A DNA stretch of 64,000 nucleotides, from assembly GCA_035555575.1 (NCBI GenBank), contig DATMGL010000008.1:78292-142291 (forward strand). The letters run 5' to 3'. Below, in pieces: positions 1 to 8,875 of this stretch. Within the stretch, counting starts at the first letter, position 1. Every line of letters begins with the position of its first letter. Below the pieces are notes generated by a model that saw nothing but the letters and a program-made list of their open reading frames with translations, did not search any database and was not told the DNA's origin. The position numbers and the translations under genes are program-made. Source of the DNA: Sphingobium sp. Its GTDB lineage: Bacteria > Pseudomonadota > Alphaproteobacteria > Sphingomonadales > Sphingomonadaceae.

Positions 1-161
1 ATCGAGGCAGCCAGAAGGGCTTCTTCCAATTCGCCGCCGGCATCGGGAAAATCAACGCCGAGGATAGCATGGGAGTGGGATAGATAGACCAGATCGAACC
101 CGCGCGCCTTCAGCTTCTCGAACAACCTTTTATCCCCCCGACTCGATGATAAGGGCAACAT
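1..161 (-). CDS. 5' part of a second BglII/BstYI-family restriction endonuclease-like gene (runs off the window edge)
   Basis: Not in the ORF track. The minus-strand frame from ATG 161 (or TTG 125) is open to the window edge: (MLPLSSSRGDKR)LFEKLKARGFDLVYLSHSHAILGVDFPDAGGELEEALLAASI. It resembles, from memory, N-termini of alphaproteobacterial BglII/BstYI-family proteins. Confidence 0.5.
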   Translation of the reverse strand, partial: MLPLSSSRGDKRLFEKLKARGFDLVYLSHSHAILGVDFPDAGGELEEALLAAS

Positions 162-217
162 AGCAGCGCCGCCCATCGACTCCGACAGCTCGACTCGGTT
201 AGGTAGCTGCAACGGGA

Positions 218-847
218 TTGGGGGTCAGTTTGAAAATCGCCGAAATTTATTCGCATCTCAACGGGCAAGAATATCTCGAGGCTCGCAAGCCGCATCTGTG
301 GACTGAGATTCAGACCGTCGTGCAAGGCATCGATGCGTCAAAGTGCTTCACCAAGGTTTCGAAGGAAGCCCGCAAGCAGGGTCAGACGGTTTACTCACCA
401 ACCGATCTCAACAAGGCGTTCGTGCAGGGGTTCAGCGCGTGTTCGCCACCTTGGACGTCGATGGAGGTCTATTATTGGGTCTGTTCGGACGCTGAAGTGA
501 ACCGCAAGATCGCCGAATTGCCCGCAAAGGACCAAAAAAAGGTCATTGAAGAGGCGGGCTTCGTTCCGCGCCGGACCAGCAACCAGGTCGATTTCGTGAA
601 GGATACGGTCGCGGTTGAGGTGCAATTCGGCAAATATTCGTTTGTCGCTCACGATCTGTTCGTGAAGCACATGACATTCTTCTCGTTGGGACGGATAAAG
701 GTCGGCGTCGAGATTTTGCCGGTCAAGGCGCTGAGCGATCAGATGTCGTCAGGCCCGACCTTCTATGAGAAGGACCTCAACAATCTAGTCCGGCAGGGCC
801 GCAGCACCCCGGCGGTGCCGCTGATCCTGATCGGAATCGATGTCTAG
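218..847 (+). CDS. BglII/BstYI-family type II restriction endonuclease
   Basis: NQVDFVKDTVAVEVQFGKYSFVAHDLFVKH matches the BglII-type catalytic D...EVQ motif. The start may be TTG 230. Confidence 0.85.
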   Translation: MGVSLKIAEIYSHLNGQEYLEARKPHLWTEIQTVVQGIDASKCFTKVSKEARKQGQTVYSPTDLNKAFVQGFSACSPPWTSMEVYYWVCSDAEVNRKIAELPAKDQKKVIEEAGFVPRRTSNQVDFVKDTVAVEVQFGKYSFVAHDLFVKHMTFFSLGRIKVGVEILPVKALSDQMSSGPTFYEKDLNNLVRQGRSTPAVPLILIGIDV

Positions 848-2481
848 GCCGCTTTGCGGCAATCGCTATGCCAGGCGAGCGTGTTGAACCATTCTCCTAC
901 GATGATCCCGGCAAGCACTCGGCTTGCGTAGCGACGCAGTTTCGACTCGCTGACCAACCGCCGTTCATCGTCGGCGGAAGCGGCGACCGCGATGATGAAA
1001 GCCTCGAGCGGAGCGCGGTCCTCGGGCTCGATGATTTCCTCGATCGAAGCGTGCACGATATCTGCCAGCATACCGAGCTGATCGGTAACCGCAAACGGAC
1101 CGGTGCCATCTGCCTTGTGCGTCCAAGCGAGCTGCAGGGCGGCCGGCGAAGTTCGCAGTAAGTCCTGCTCCGCACGGCGGAATGCTGCCGCGTTGCGCCG
1201 GATCAGATCACCGAACAGATCGCTTTCACCGAGATAGCCGGTGATGCTGCCATCCAGCTCGAGCTCGCGCACGTCCTTGGACGGTCCGAAGAAGAAGCGC
1301 ACGCGCCATTTGGCGGTGCCGGTGCCAAGATCGTTAGACAGATCGAACCGCATTCCGCTTTTGAACCGCAGGTGAGGCAGCGCGGCGCGGAAACTGCGGC
1401 TCGGCGGATAGGTTCGGCCTTCCTGATCGGGCGGGGTGGGTCTGGGCAAATGCTTTGGCAGTGCCAGTTGCGTCCCGACGGCGGCATAGCCGTCGAAACC
1501 AGATGCCAGCGCGCCCTGCGCAGCCAGCGCGAGCAGATGGGTGAAGGTCGGCGGGATCGCATTACCGACCATCTTCGCCTTTTCGGCGAACGAGCGGGCG
1601 AAGAACTGGTAGGTGATTGGGAATCCCTGCAGTGAAGCACGTTCACGAATGGTGAGGCGCCGATAGCGGCCCGCTATACGCGGATCCTCGATCACAATGC
1701 TTTCGCGTGAAACGCGGGTGCAGGTCGCGGTGACGGTCCGGGCGGGGGTATCGAGCGGGTCAGGAAATGCCATGTTGTTATAGACCGGATGATAGGTCTT
1801 AGCCTCGCGGTTCATCCGTAGTTCTTCGTCGTTGAGGGCTGGTTCGGTTTCCATCTCGGTGAGCTGGTTGGCCGAAAGGCTCGTGCCCCAGATGGGATCG
1901 ACGATCGTCGCACGCTCGGACAGCGCGGTGACGACATCTCCGAGGGTACGCGGTGAGATCGCCTGTTGCAGCTCCTTGATGAGGTGGAGCGGAATATTGG
2001 TCGCGATACACCTGCGGCGGCCCTGCGGCGTACCGAAATTGGAGAAGTCGAATACTTCGACCTGCGCCCCCAGCTTGCGAAAGCGGTAGAGCGGATGCGC
2101 CTTATCGGCGAAGCCTTCCCGCAGCACCTCGGCCACGCGCGGGACGTTCTCCATCGCCCAGAATTGAGGCTTGCAGTGCTCGACCACCTCAAAGAAGCGA
2201 ACGAGGTCCTTCATACCTTCGGCGACATTCCCGCGGCCGCCGCGGTTCGAATAGGAGAATTCGGTACAGGGCGGACTACCGACCACGAGCTGTATGTTTT
2301 CGGGCAGGTCGGCGAGTTCGAGCTGCCGGATATCCACCGGGGTCAGCGTCCCGCCATGATTGCCGTTATGCGTGTCAATTGCGGGCTGCCACCACTCGTA
2401 GGAGGCTACGACTTCGACGCCGGCCAGACGAAAACCAAGGCTCCATCCTCCGATACCGGCGTAAAGATCGATCGCACGCAT
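844..2481 (-). CDS. DNA (cytosine-5) methyltransferase with a ~200 aa C-terminal extension
   Basis: Motifs I DLYAGIGG, IV GSPPC, VI ENV, VIII QGRRR, IX RERASLQGFP and X GNAIPP. Convergent with the REase; the stop codons overlap in CTAG 844-847. Confidence 0.93.
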   Translation of the reverse strand: MRAIDLYAGIGGWSLGFRLAGVEVVASYEWWQPAIDTHNGNHGGTLTPVDIRQLELADLPENIQLVVGSPPCTEFSYSNRGGRGNVAEGMKDLVRFFEVVEHCKPQFWAMENVPRVAEVLREGFADKAHPLYRFRKLGAQVEVFDFSNFGTPQGRRRCIATNIPLHLIKELQQAISPRTLGDVVTALSERATIVDPIWGTSLSANQLTEMETEPALNDEELRMNREAKTYHPVYNNMAFPDPLDTPARTVTATCTRVSRESIVIEDPRIAGRYRRLTIRERASLQGFPITYQFFARSFAEKAKMVGNAIPPTFTHLLALAAQGALASGFDGYAAVGTQLALPKHLPRPTPPDQEGRTYPPSRSFRAALPHLRFKSGMRFDLSNDLGTGTAKWRVRFFFGPSKDVRELELDGSITGYLGESDLFGDLIRRNAAAFRRAEQDLLRTSPAALQLAWTHKADGTGPFAVTDQLGMLADIVHASIEEIIEPEDRAPLEAFIIAVAASADDERRLVSESKLRRYASRVLAGIIVGEWFNTLAWHSDCRKAA

Positions 2482-2693
2482 TCATCACCTCATTCTAGCT
2501 TGCTCAAACCACTACCCCGCTGGCCGGCGTGAGACAAGATCCAAGTTCATCTGTCCGTCACAAACACGAAGGCTCGCCTTCCGGAACGATCGCTATTCCA
2601 TTTGTGTGGCTGTAACCTGTCGTTACGGACAGTGGACAGAACTGCCATCAGGCATTGGGGAATGCAGCACATACATCGTTCGAACGAAGTCGT

Positions 2694-3746
2694 TCATAGC
2701 ACCGCCCCCGTGGCGTTGTCGTTGAACATGTCGCCCTGGCGGACGTAGCGGGCCAACATGGCGTCGCTCTTGTGGCCGGTCTGCTGCCTGATCTTGAACG
2801 TGGATGCCCCGGCCATGGCAGCGCTGGTGGCGAGCCCGGCACGCAGCGAATGACCGGAGAAAATCGTTGGATCGAACCCCGCCGCCGCGGCCCGCTTTTT
2901 GATGATGGTCGCGACCGCCTCCCCGGACAGGCGCTGACCGGCAATGCGTCCATGTCGGTCGATGCTGCGAAAGATCGGTCCATCCTCAATCCCGCCATGG
3001 GCGAACCAGTCGGTCAGATGCTGCACCGGACACCAGCGCGTTCGCCCGTGAGGGATCGCGATCTTGCGGCCCTGCCCTACCTGATCGGTCTTGGAGCGAC
3101 GCAAATGCAGGATCACCCCCTGCCGGACGTGCTCGACATCGGCACAATCCAGCCCGACCAGTTCGGAGCGGCGGAATGCGCCTGCGAAACCGACCAGCAA
3201 CAAGGCTTTATCTCGAATGTCGATCGGACGCTCGCCCATCAGCTTCAGAATGGCAAAGAGATCATCACGTTGCAGAGCTTGCGCTTCGCGTTGCGCTACA
3301 CCCATGGTCCGCCTTATCCCGCGCATGGTCGCGGTCACAATCTCATCCTTGGTCGAGTCATCACATCCCGCCGCCCGATGTGCCTTGGCGATGGCTGCAA
3401 GCCGACGCTGGATCGTCGCCGTGGCATGGGTCTCAGCCAGAGCTGCGAGATATTCCGCAATGCTCGCCGGGGCACAGGGGATGTCCCTGCCGGATGTCCG
3501 AAAATGCGCCAGATCAGCCCTGTAGGCACGTTGACTGCTCTCGGAGAGGGATGAGGATAGGAAACGACGGATCGGCTCTGAGAGAGGCTGAGGACGATCA
3601 TGGATCGCGATGACGTCGCAGTTGAGAGGCGATGTCGATTTGCAATTAATTGCATAACCCGATCCACGATCATTTTCAGCAATTATCGGTTTGCCCATTT
3701 TTAGTTTTCCTAGGATTTTGAACGGATACGCCATTGTCAGCTCCAC
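2694..3746 (-). CDS. Tyrosine recombinase/integrase (Cre-like, with N-terminal core-binding domain)
   Basis: Catalytic residues FRRSEL (R), RSKTDQ (K), GHSLRAG (HxxR), TGHKS (H) and ARYV (Y). The true start is uncertain (ATG 3698 possible). Confidence 0.9.
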   Translation of the reverse strand: MELTMAYPFKILGKLKMGKPIIAENDRGSGYAINCKSTSPLNCDVIAIHDRPQPLSEPIRRFLSSSLSESSQRAYRADLAHFRTSGRDIPCAPASIAEYLAALAETHATATIQRRLAAIAKAHRAAGCDDSTKDEIVTATMRGIRRTMGVAQREAQALQRDDLFAILKLMGERPIDIRDKALLLVGFAGAFRRSELVGLDCADVEHVRQGVILHLRRSKTDQVGQGRKIAIPHGRTRWCPVQHLTDWFAHGGIEDGPIFRSIDRHGRIAGQRLSGEAVATIIKKRAAAAGFDPTIFSGHSLRAGLATSAAMAGASTFKIRQQTGHKSDAMLARYVRQGDMFNDNATGAVL

Positions 3747-3782
3747 AGAAATAAGGGGTACTGATTTGCTCGTTGCAGACCA

Positions 3783-4328
3783 TCAGCCGAGCTTCCTTTC
3801 CTGCCGGGCATAAGCCTCAGCCAGTCGTGCATCGTGATCCGTGAGCAGGTCGGCGGTCAGCTTGTGAAGGGTCAGCAGACGTGCTTCGGCGTCTTCGTGG
3901 CTCTCCAGCGTGCCGTCATGCCGGATGTGCGCGACCCGAACGCCGGACAGGCTGTGCAGGTGACGGGCGATCAGAGTGAAGCGATGGCATTGCAGCACAT
4001 CGCGCTCCGAGCACAACAGAGCGGGTCTGCATCGGGCGGCTATCGCTAGCACGCTGTCGATCGCAGTGGTGAAGGCGGCGGTCCCGCGCCGCGTTGCATA
4101 ATCGGTGGGGCCGCTCACCGGCATTCCGCCCAAGTCATCGCCCAGGTGGACGTAGGAAATGCCCACGCCGTTCAGTCGGACCCGCAGTTGCGGTTTGCAG
4201 AAGTGTTGCCAGCGCGATCGGGGCGATGATCACACATCAACAATACAACCAATACAGAACTGGTCGAGGGCGTAGATGAACTCGTCCCAGCCGACATTTG
4301 AGTGCCCCAAAGTCATTACATCAATCAT
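3783..4328 (-). pseudogene. DUF488-family protein interrupted by an in-frame TGA
   Basis: ATG 4328 gives MIDVMTLGHSNVGWDEFIYALDQFCIGCIVDV*SSPRSRWQHF...YVHLGDDLGG...LLCSERDVLQCHRFTLI. The stop at 4232-4230 replaces the Arg of the conserved VDVR. Confidence 0.8.
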
Positions 4329-4506
4329 CTTGATCCTTTCAGAACTAAGATGATCTTATGATCAAAATCTCAATAAAGACATTGTTTTAAAATACTTAAA
4401 TGCGCAATGACGACCCAGTTGCGCCCAGCACCTTCCTATCCCCGGTGAGCTTCGCTATGACCGGCCTGCTCCCGAGACACGCGGGAGTGGGGCGTGGAAA
4501 CCTCTC

Positions 4507-5244
4507 TTGAGACACCTCGGTCACCGATTTCGGAGGCCGGGTGGCATGCGCGCATGTCCAACCGGCTTTGCCGGTAAAGGCGCATGCGCTCGTTGTCTCA
4601 GCGGGTTTCCAACATCCGGCTTAGGCCGTCGCCCCAAGAAAATACGCGGGCGACGGAGAGGCCAGATCGACAACCCAGCACAGAACTTCGTTCACGCGCC
4701 ATCGCGCTTTAACATCAGCAATGTGATCGCCAAGGTATCGCACGCGGCCTTCGGTAGCCCCCTCGTGACCAACGTGCTGCGCGGGCAAGTCGCCGAAGCG
4801 ATCATCGCGCTTGCCCTGGAACCAGAATGGACCTGGTGCAGTGCCGACTATAGCGGATGGGACTTCGAGCGTGCTGATGGTCTCCGGCTGGAGGTCAAAC
4901 AATCCGCCGCAATGCAGTCGTGGAGCACTGGCAAGCCGAGCAAGGCCATCTTCGATGTCGCGGCGCGCACGGGCCATTGGGAAAGCGGAACGCAGTGGAT
5001 CGCCCAGGTGGGGCGTGCAGCCCATATCTACGTGTTCGCGCATCACGGCATCTATGCAGATCACGCCGACCACCGCGACCCATTGCAGTGGCAGTTCTAT
5101 GTCGTGGCCACCCGCGACCTGCCCGACGTGAAGCAGGCCGCCCTGAGCACGATCAGAACATTAACTTCGCCGGTGCCGATCACGGCTCTGGCAGGCGCGG
5201 TGCGCGTCACCGCATCACAAATAGCAAATGGGAGTGGGACATGA
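4507..5244 (+). CDS. Putative PD-(D/E)XK nuclease-fold protein
   Basis: RGQVAE...GWDFERADGLRLEVKQS has E...D...EVK spacing. The true start is probably near 4690-4725. The stop overlaps the next ATG (ATGA 5241-5244). Confidence 0.6.
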   Translation: MRHLGHRFRRPGGMRACPTGFAGKGACARCLSGFPTSGLGRRPKKIRGRRRGQIDNPAQNFVHAPSRFNISNVIAKVSHAAFGSPLVTNVLRGQVAEAIIALALEPEWTWCSADYSGWDFERADGLRLEVKQSAAMQSWSTGKPSKAIFDVAARTGHWESGTQWIAQVGRAAHIYVFAHHGIYADHADHRDPLQWQFYVVATRDLPDVKQAALSTIRTLTSPVPITALAGAVRVTASQIANGSGT

Positions 5245-6059
5245 AGACCATTCGAGAGGACGTGATCGGCAAAAATACGCTGCGCCTTGTCGATACCGGA
5301 AAAGGATTTGTTGGTCTGGTGAACTCGGGTGGCAAGCAGTTGAGCCGGATCGACGGGGATGACCCCGAGCAGCTCTGGACGGACCTGCGCGCCGCCGCAG
5401 GTCGAGCCAGCGATGCCTATTTTGGCTTCGATGGTGCGCGATCCCGATTTCGGCAGTTCTTCCCTGATGGGTTCCGATCTCCAACATTCAAAGAGGCGGA
5501 GCGCGATTATAAGCTCAAGGCCAAGGCGAAGCTCGACGACGCTGCCCCACTGGAACAGGCACTGACCAGCGGCGGCCTGGGAGAAGCGGTTCTGTCCGCC
5601 TATCGCAGTACAAACCTGTTATCGCCCTTCGAGAAGACCCGGCTGCAACCGCTGCTGCGAGGTGCCGATGCCGATGCGTTCATTCAGGCCGCCGCGCGCT
5701 TCACGATTGGGGAGGTCGAACCAGCGCTCGCGACCATGGATCGGCTGTTGGCCAAACATGACAGCACCAAGTGGACAGTGGTCACGTATCTGCCGTTCCT
5801 CTGGCGACCTGAGGATCATATGTTTCTCAAGCCCATGGTGACGCAGGAGTTCGCGGAGCGGGTCGGTCATCCCTTCGTGTACGATTATAGCCCCGCGCTT
5901 GATCCCGCCGTATATACCAGCCTGTGCGACCTCATGGCACAGACCGAACGCGAGGTGGCCGATCTGGAACCTCGCGATAACATCGACCTGCAAAGCCTCG
6001 TCTGGATCGTCGGTGAATACAAGGAGGACGATCTCCTGATCCCAGCGCAGACAGGATGA
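5241..6059 (+). CDS. Conserved hypothetical protein, possibly a restriction-associated DNA-recognition domain
   Basis: ATG 5241 follows GGAGTGGG and is coupled to the upstream gene. Motifs KWTVVTYLPFLWRPEDHMFLKP and RDNIDLQSLVW. Confidence 0.65.
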   Translation: MKTIREDVIGKNTLRLVDTGKGFVGLVNSGGKQLSRIDGDDPEQLWTDLRAAAGRASDAYFGFDGARSRFRQFFPDGFRSPTFKEAERDYKLKAKAKLDDAAPLEQALTSGGLGEAVLSAYRSTNLLSPFEKTRLQPLLRGADADAFIQAAARFTIGEVEPALATMDRLLAKHDSTKWTVVTYLPFLWRPEDHMFLKPMVTQEFAERVGHPFVYDYSPALDPAVYTSLCDLMAQTEREVADLEPRDNIDLQSLVWIVGEYKEDDLLIPAQTG

Positions 6060-6075
6060 GGCGCCCACTCCACGA

Positions 6076-6615
6076 TCAGCTCGACTTCGATGTATGAGCC
6101 GAGATCGCCAGACTTTCAGCGACAAGCCGCATGAGCGCCGTCTCCTTGCCCAGAAGCCCTCTGGAATGCGGTTCGGCTCCCTTGGCACGTAGAGCCTGAT
6201 CAAGCAGTGCATATTGCTCCTTGTCGAGGTGCAGGACGACCGTGCGACCTTTGGGGGCGGGTTCGCCTTTGTGAATATACAACTTCAGTTCGTGCGCGGT
6301 GCAGCCGTCTGCCACGTCGAGTAGTTCGTCGATCGTTTCGGGTTTGCCATAGGCCGCGAGGAGGGACAACTTGGTCCAGCCCAGACGCTGCATCCGCTCA
6401 GCGGCAATATCCATGTCGCTGAGCACCTCGTCGATCTGGGCCAGATGGTAAGCCTTGCGGATGCCGATCCTCAATTTTGTGGCGACGGCTCTGAACTCGT
6501 CGCGATTTTCCTCCCGGACTTTTCGCAAAAAGCTCGCCACTTCGAGGAGCCGTGACTTGCTGTGGTCGATCAAGTCTTGGGGTATCTCCGCCGCTGTTTT
6601 GTTGATCCCTTCCAT
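6076..6615 (-). CDS. Hypothetical protein, possible HTH DNA-binding protein of mobile-element origin
   Basis: ATG 6615 (MEGINK...). FRAVATKLRIGIRKAYHLAQI is HTH-like; also LGWTKLSLLA. Confidence 0.45.
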   Translation of the reverse strand: MEGINKTAAEIPQDLIDHSKSRLLEVASFLRKVREENRDEFRAVATKLRIGIRKAYHLAQIDEVLSDMDIAAERMQRLGWTKLSLLAAYGKPETIDELLDVADGCTAHELKLYIHKGEPAPKGRTVVLHLDKEQYALLDQALRAKGAEPHSRGLLGKETALMRLVAESLAISAHTSKSS

Positions 6616-6821
6616 CTGTGAAACCTTCGTAATTGTTGGGACCAGATGCCTATGTGAAAGACGCATCCGGGCAAGGGATGATCGGGTCGTGGCAATGCAC
6701 GGATGTCCTCCCTGGGCGTGATCGACCCGACAGCTCCGCGCCCGCTGACGTGACCGAATATGCCACCCCGGCCCTAACGAAATATGTATTGCAATTAATT
6801 GCACGCATAGTGGTGGGGCGA

Positions 6822-7849
6822 TCAGAGCAGCCGCTTTAACTCCTCCCGCTGCGCGATCTTGGTACGCTCACGCTTGACATATTCGGGGTCGATCAACTCG
6901 ATTGCTCGCTGGTGGTAGGGATGGGCACGTTCAAATATGATGTGCGGACGATATTCGGGCCACAGTTTTGCAAAGTGGGTCATCCACTGCTCTTCCGTGA
7001 TATGCTTCGCTATATCGGGCTCGTCTTCGTTGAGATCGTCAAGCGTCGCGAACATTTCCTCAACACCGTAGTGCTCACGATAATAAGCGATCTCCTTGGC
7101 CATGCGCTCGAACTCGATCTCGCGGTCCGACCGCGAACGGAGTGGAGCGACCGTAGTCGGTTTCTTCCTGGGTTCGAGCACGCCGAGCGACGGGACCGGA
7201 GGAAACTGCTTGTCGCTGATCGAGAAAGACGACGAACGAGTGCCTGCAATGATCTGGGCGTCAGACCAGCCCCGTGTCAGCCGGTAGCGGACGGCGGAAG
7301 TGGTTACGCCCTGCAATTTTGCGAGGCGGGAGGCCGTGTAGACTTCGCCGGTCCGCTGATCGTAGATCGTCAGGGTATCGCCCTTGTTGTTGTTCTGCGT
7401 TCGCTTGTCGGCCGGCGCACCTTGCCGGGGGCGTATTCGGGGTCATTGTTGTCGATCCTGTCGAGGGTGGCTCCCGACACTGATATGGGGCCGACGAGCC
7501 GAAGGAAGTGGCGAAATTCATGGAAGTCGGGATGCACGATGTTGCCCCGACGCTTGCTTCGGGTCAGCATGTTCCGGTGCGAGTTGGCTTCCGCCCCATA
7601 TTTCCGTCGAAGCTGCATTTTTGTCAGATGCTGGAGGTCATGCACAAACTCGGCATCCTGCATTTTCTCAAGGGTGTGACAGGTATGATCGGATTTGCTT
7701 ATGAGCGTGACGTCGTATGCCGTGACGCAGGTCAGAACAGGCGCGTTTGCTGGCGCTGTGACGATTTTCTCATCGTTTACCGATGTCGCGTCATGTGAGA
7801 AAATTTCTCCGGCGGCGGACATCATGTGTGCGGCGGTATTCGACTTCAT
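6822..7849 (-). pseudogene. Phage-type HNH endonuclease-like gene with C-terminal HTH, frameshifted at ~7411-7415
   Basis: ATLDRIDNNDPEYAPGKVR continues, after adding one base, as (W)ADKRTQNNNKGDTLTIYDQRTGEVYTASRLAKLQGVTTSAVRYRLTRGWS. This joins track ORFs 7370-7849 and 6822-7316. Confidence 0.7.
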
Positions 7850-7928
7850 AGCGAAGTTCTCCTCTGCTTGCGGTGGAGGAGCGCCGAGTGTAGAGTTTCG
7901 CTAACAACCAGCGTCTCCGGCGCTCCAG

Positions 7929-7959
7929 AAAGCCCTGCCGCGCCAACGGTGGGGCTTTT
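7929..7959. terminator. Putative bidirectional intrinsic terminator
   Basis: AAAGCCCTGCCG-CGCCAA-CGGTGGGGCTTTT is a 12-bp stem (2 G-U) with A and T tracts on either side. Confidence 0.45.
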
Positions 7960-8413
7960 CCGTATCTGCTTGGTAATTTATGATGATGAGCGGGTGAAAA
8001 GGGCGTGGAAGGTGTGCGACGGTCGGTCTAAGGGACTGGAACCGCCGACATGGGGCCGCCAAGGCCGCATCGGTCCTCCGCTACCATCAAACAATTGCCT
8101 GGCGAGACCATCCCAGCAGCGTTTCCACCTCTGCTGTCATTCGGGTCCAGCTCCCGCGACGCCATGATGCGCGCGATCTCCTGATCAGCCCCCTTCTTCG
8201 CCGGCCATATTGCGTCGATCCGGCGAGTGATATCCTGCGCCCTGCCATGGGTATCGACGCGCATGGCTGACCAGTGCAGGCCGGTCGCCGCTCCGGAACC
8301 ATGGTCCCCCGTCCCTCGCTACGATTTCTAGATTGGCGGCAAAGCGAGCCTAGCCGCCATGAGCCGGGTGTCCAATCACGGAGACGACCGCGGAGGCATG
8401 GCCTCCATCGGCC

Positions 8414-8869
8414 TCAGCGTCGGCCAGCGACCTCCGGAGCCGCGCCTCGCTGCCAGATTGGCGCATGAACCTGCACGGGGACCGATACTGTGCCGTCTGT
8501 GCCGGGCGCGGCTGTGTGGAACCCGCGTCGGGCATCAGGTATAGCCATGACATGGTCGATGGCGTCGATATCCCCGATCATGTCGAGCGACGCGCCGTTG
8601 ACGATGACCCGCGCTCGATAATGGCCATGCCCGTCCGGACGCGACATGTCCTCTGGCAACATGGTTGCGGGCGACAGACCGGGGCCGATGTCACCCGCAA
8701 TGGCGGTATCGCAGCGCTGCACGCTGATTATCCCCACCAGCAGGCCAGTCCCCAATATGGTGCCGCAGGCGGCCGCCATGACCAGCATCTCGACCCGCCC
8801 CCAGAAGCGGGCGTTCCGCATGCTCATGCTATGCGCTTCCCGAAATGCCTCGATCGGGCCGGCCGGCAT
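8414..8869 (-). CDS. Degenerate retropepsin-like (TIGR02281-type) aspartic protease-like membrane protein
   Basis: N-terminal TM, then DGHGHYRARVIVNGASLDMIGDIDA; the catalytic DTG/DSG appears as DID. Confidence 0.4.
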   Translation of the reverse strand: MPAGPIEAFREAHSMSMRNARFWGRVEMLVMAAACGTILGTGLLVGIISVQRCDTAIAGDIGPGLSPATMLPEDMSRPDGHGHYRARVIVNGASLDMIGDIDAIDHVMAIPDARRGFHTAAPGTDGTVSVPVQVHAPIWQRGAAPEVAGRR

Positions 8870-8875
8870 GGCGGC

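Noticed and set aside
7870-7925. Stem GCGCCGAG...CTCCGGCGC, considered as a tRNA, att site or phage c4-like RNA
   Set aside because: There is no cloverleaf, no CCA and no second att copy in the window.
8028-8302. Short minus-strand ORFs (AQDITRRIDAIWPAKKG...; MTAEVETLLGWSRQAIV)
   Set aside because: They may be a gene relic at the island edge, but I cannot assign any family.
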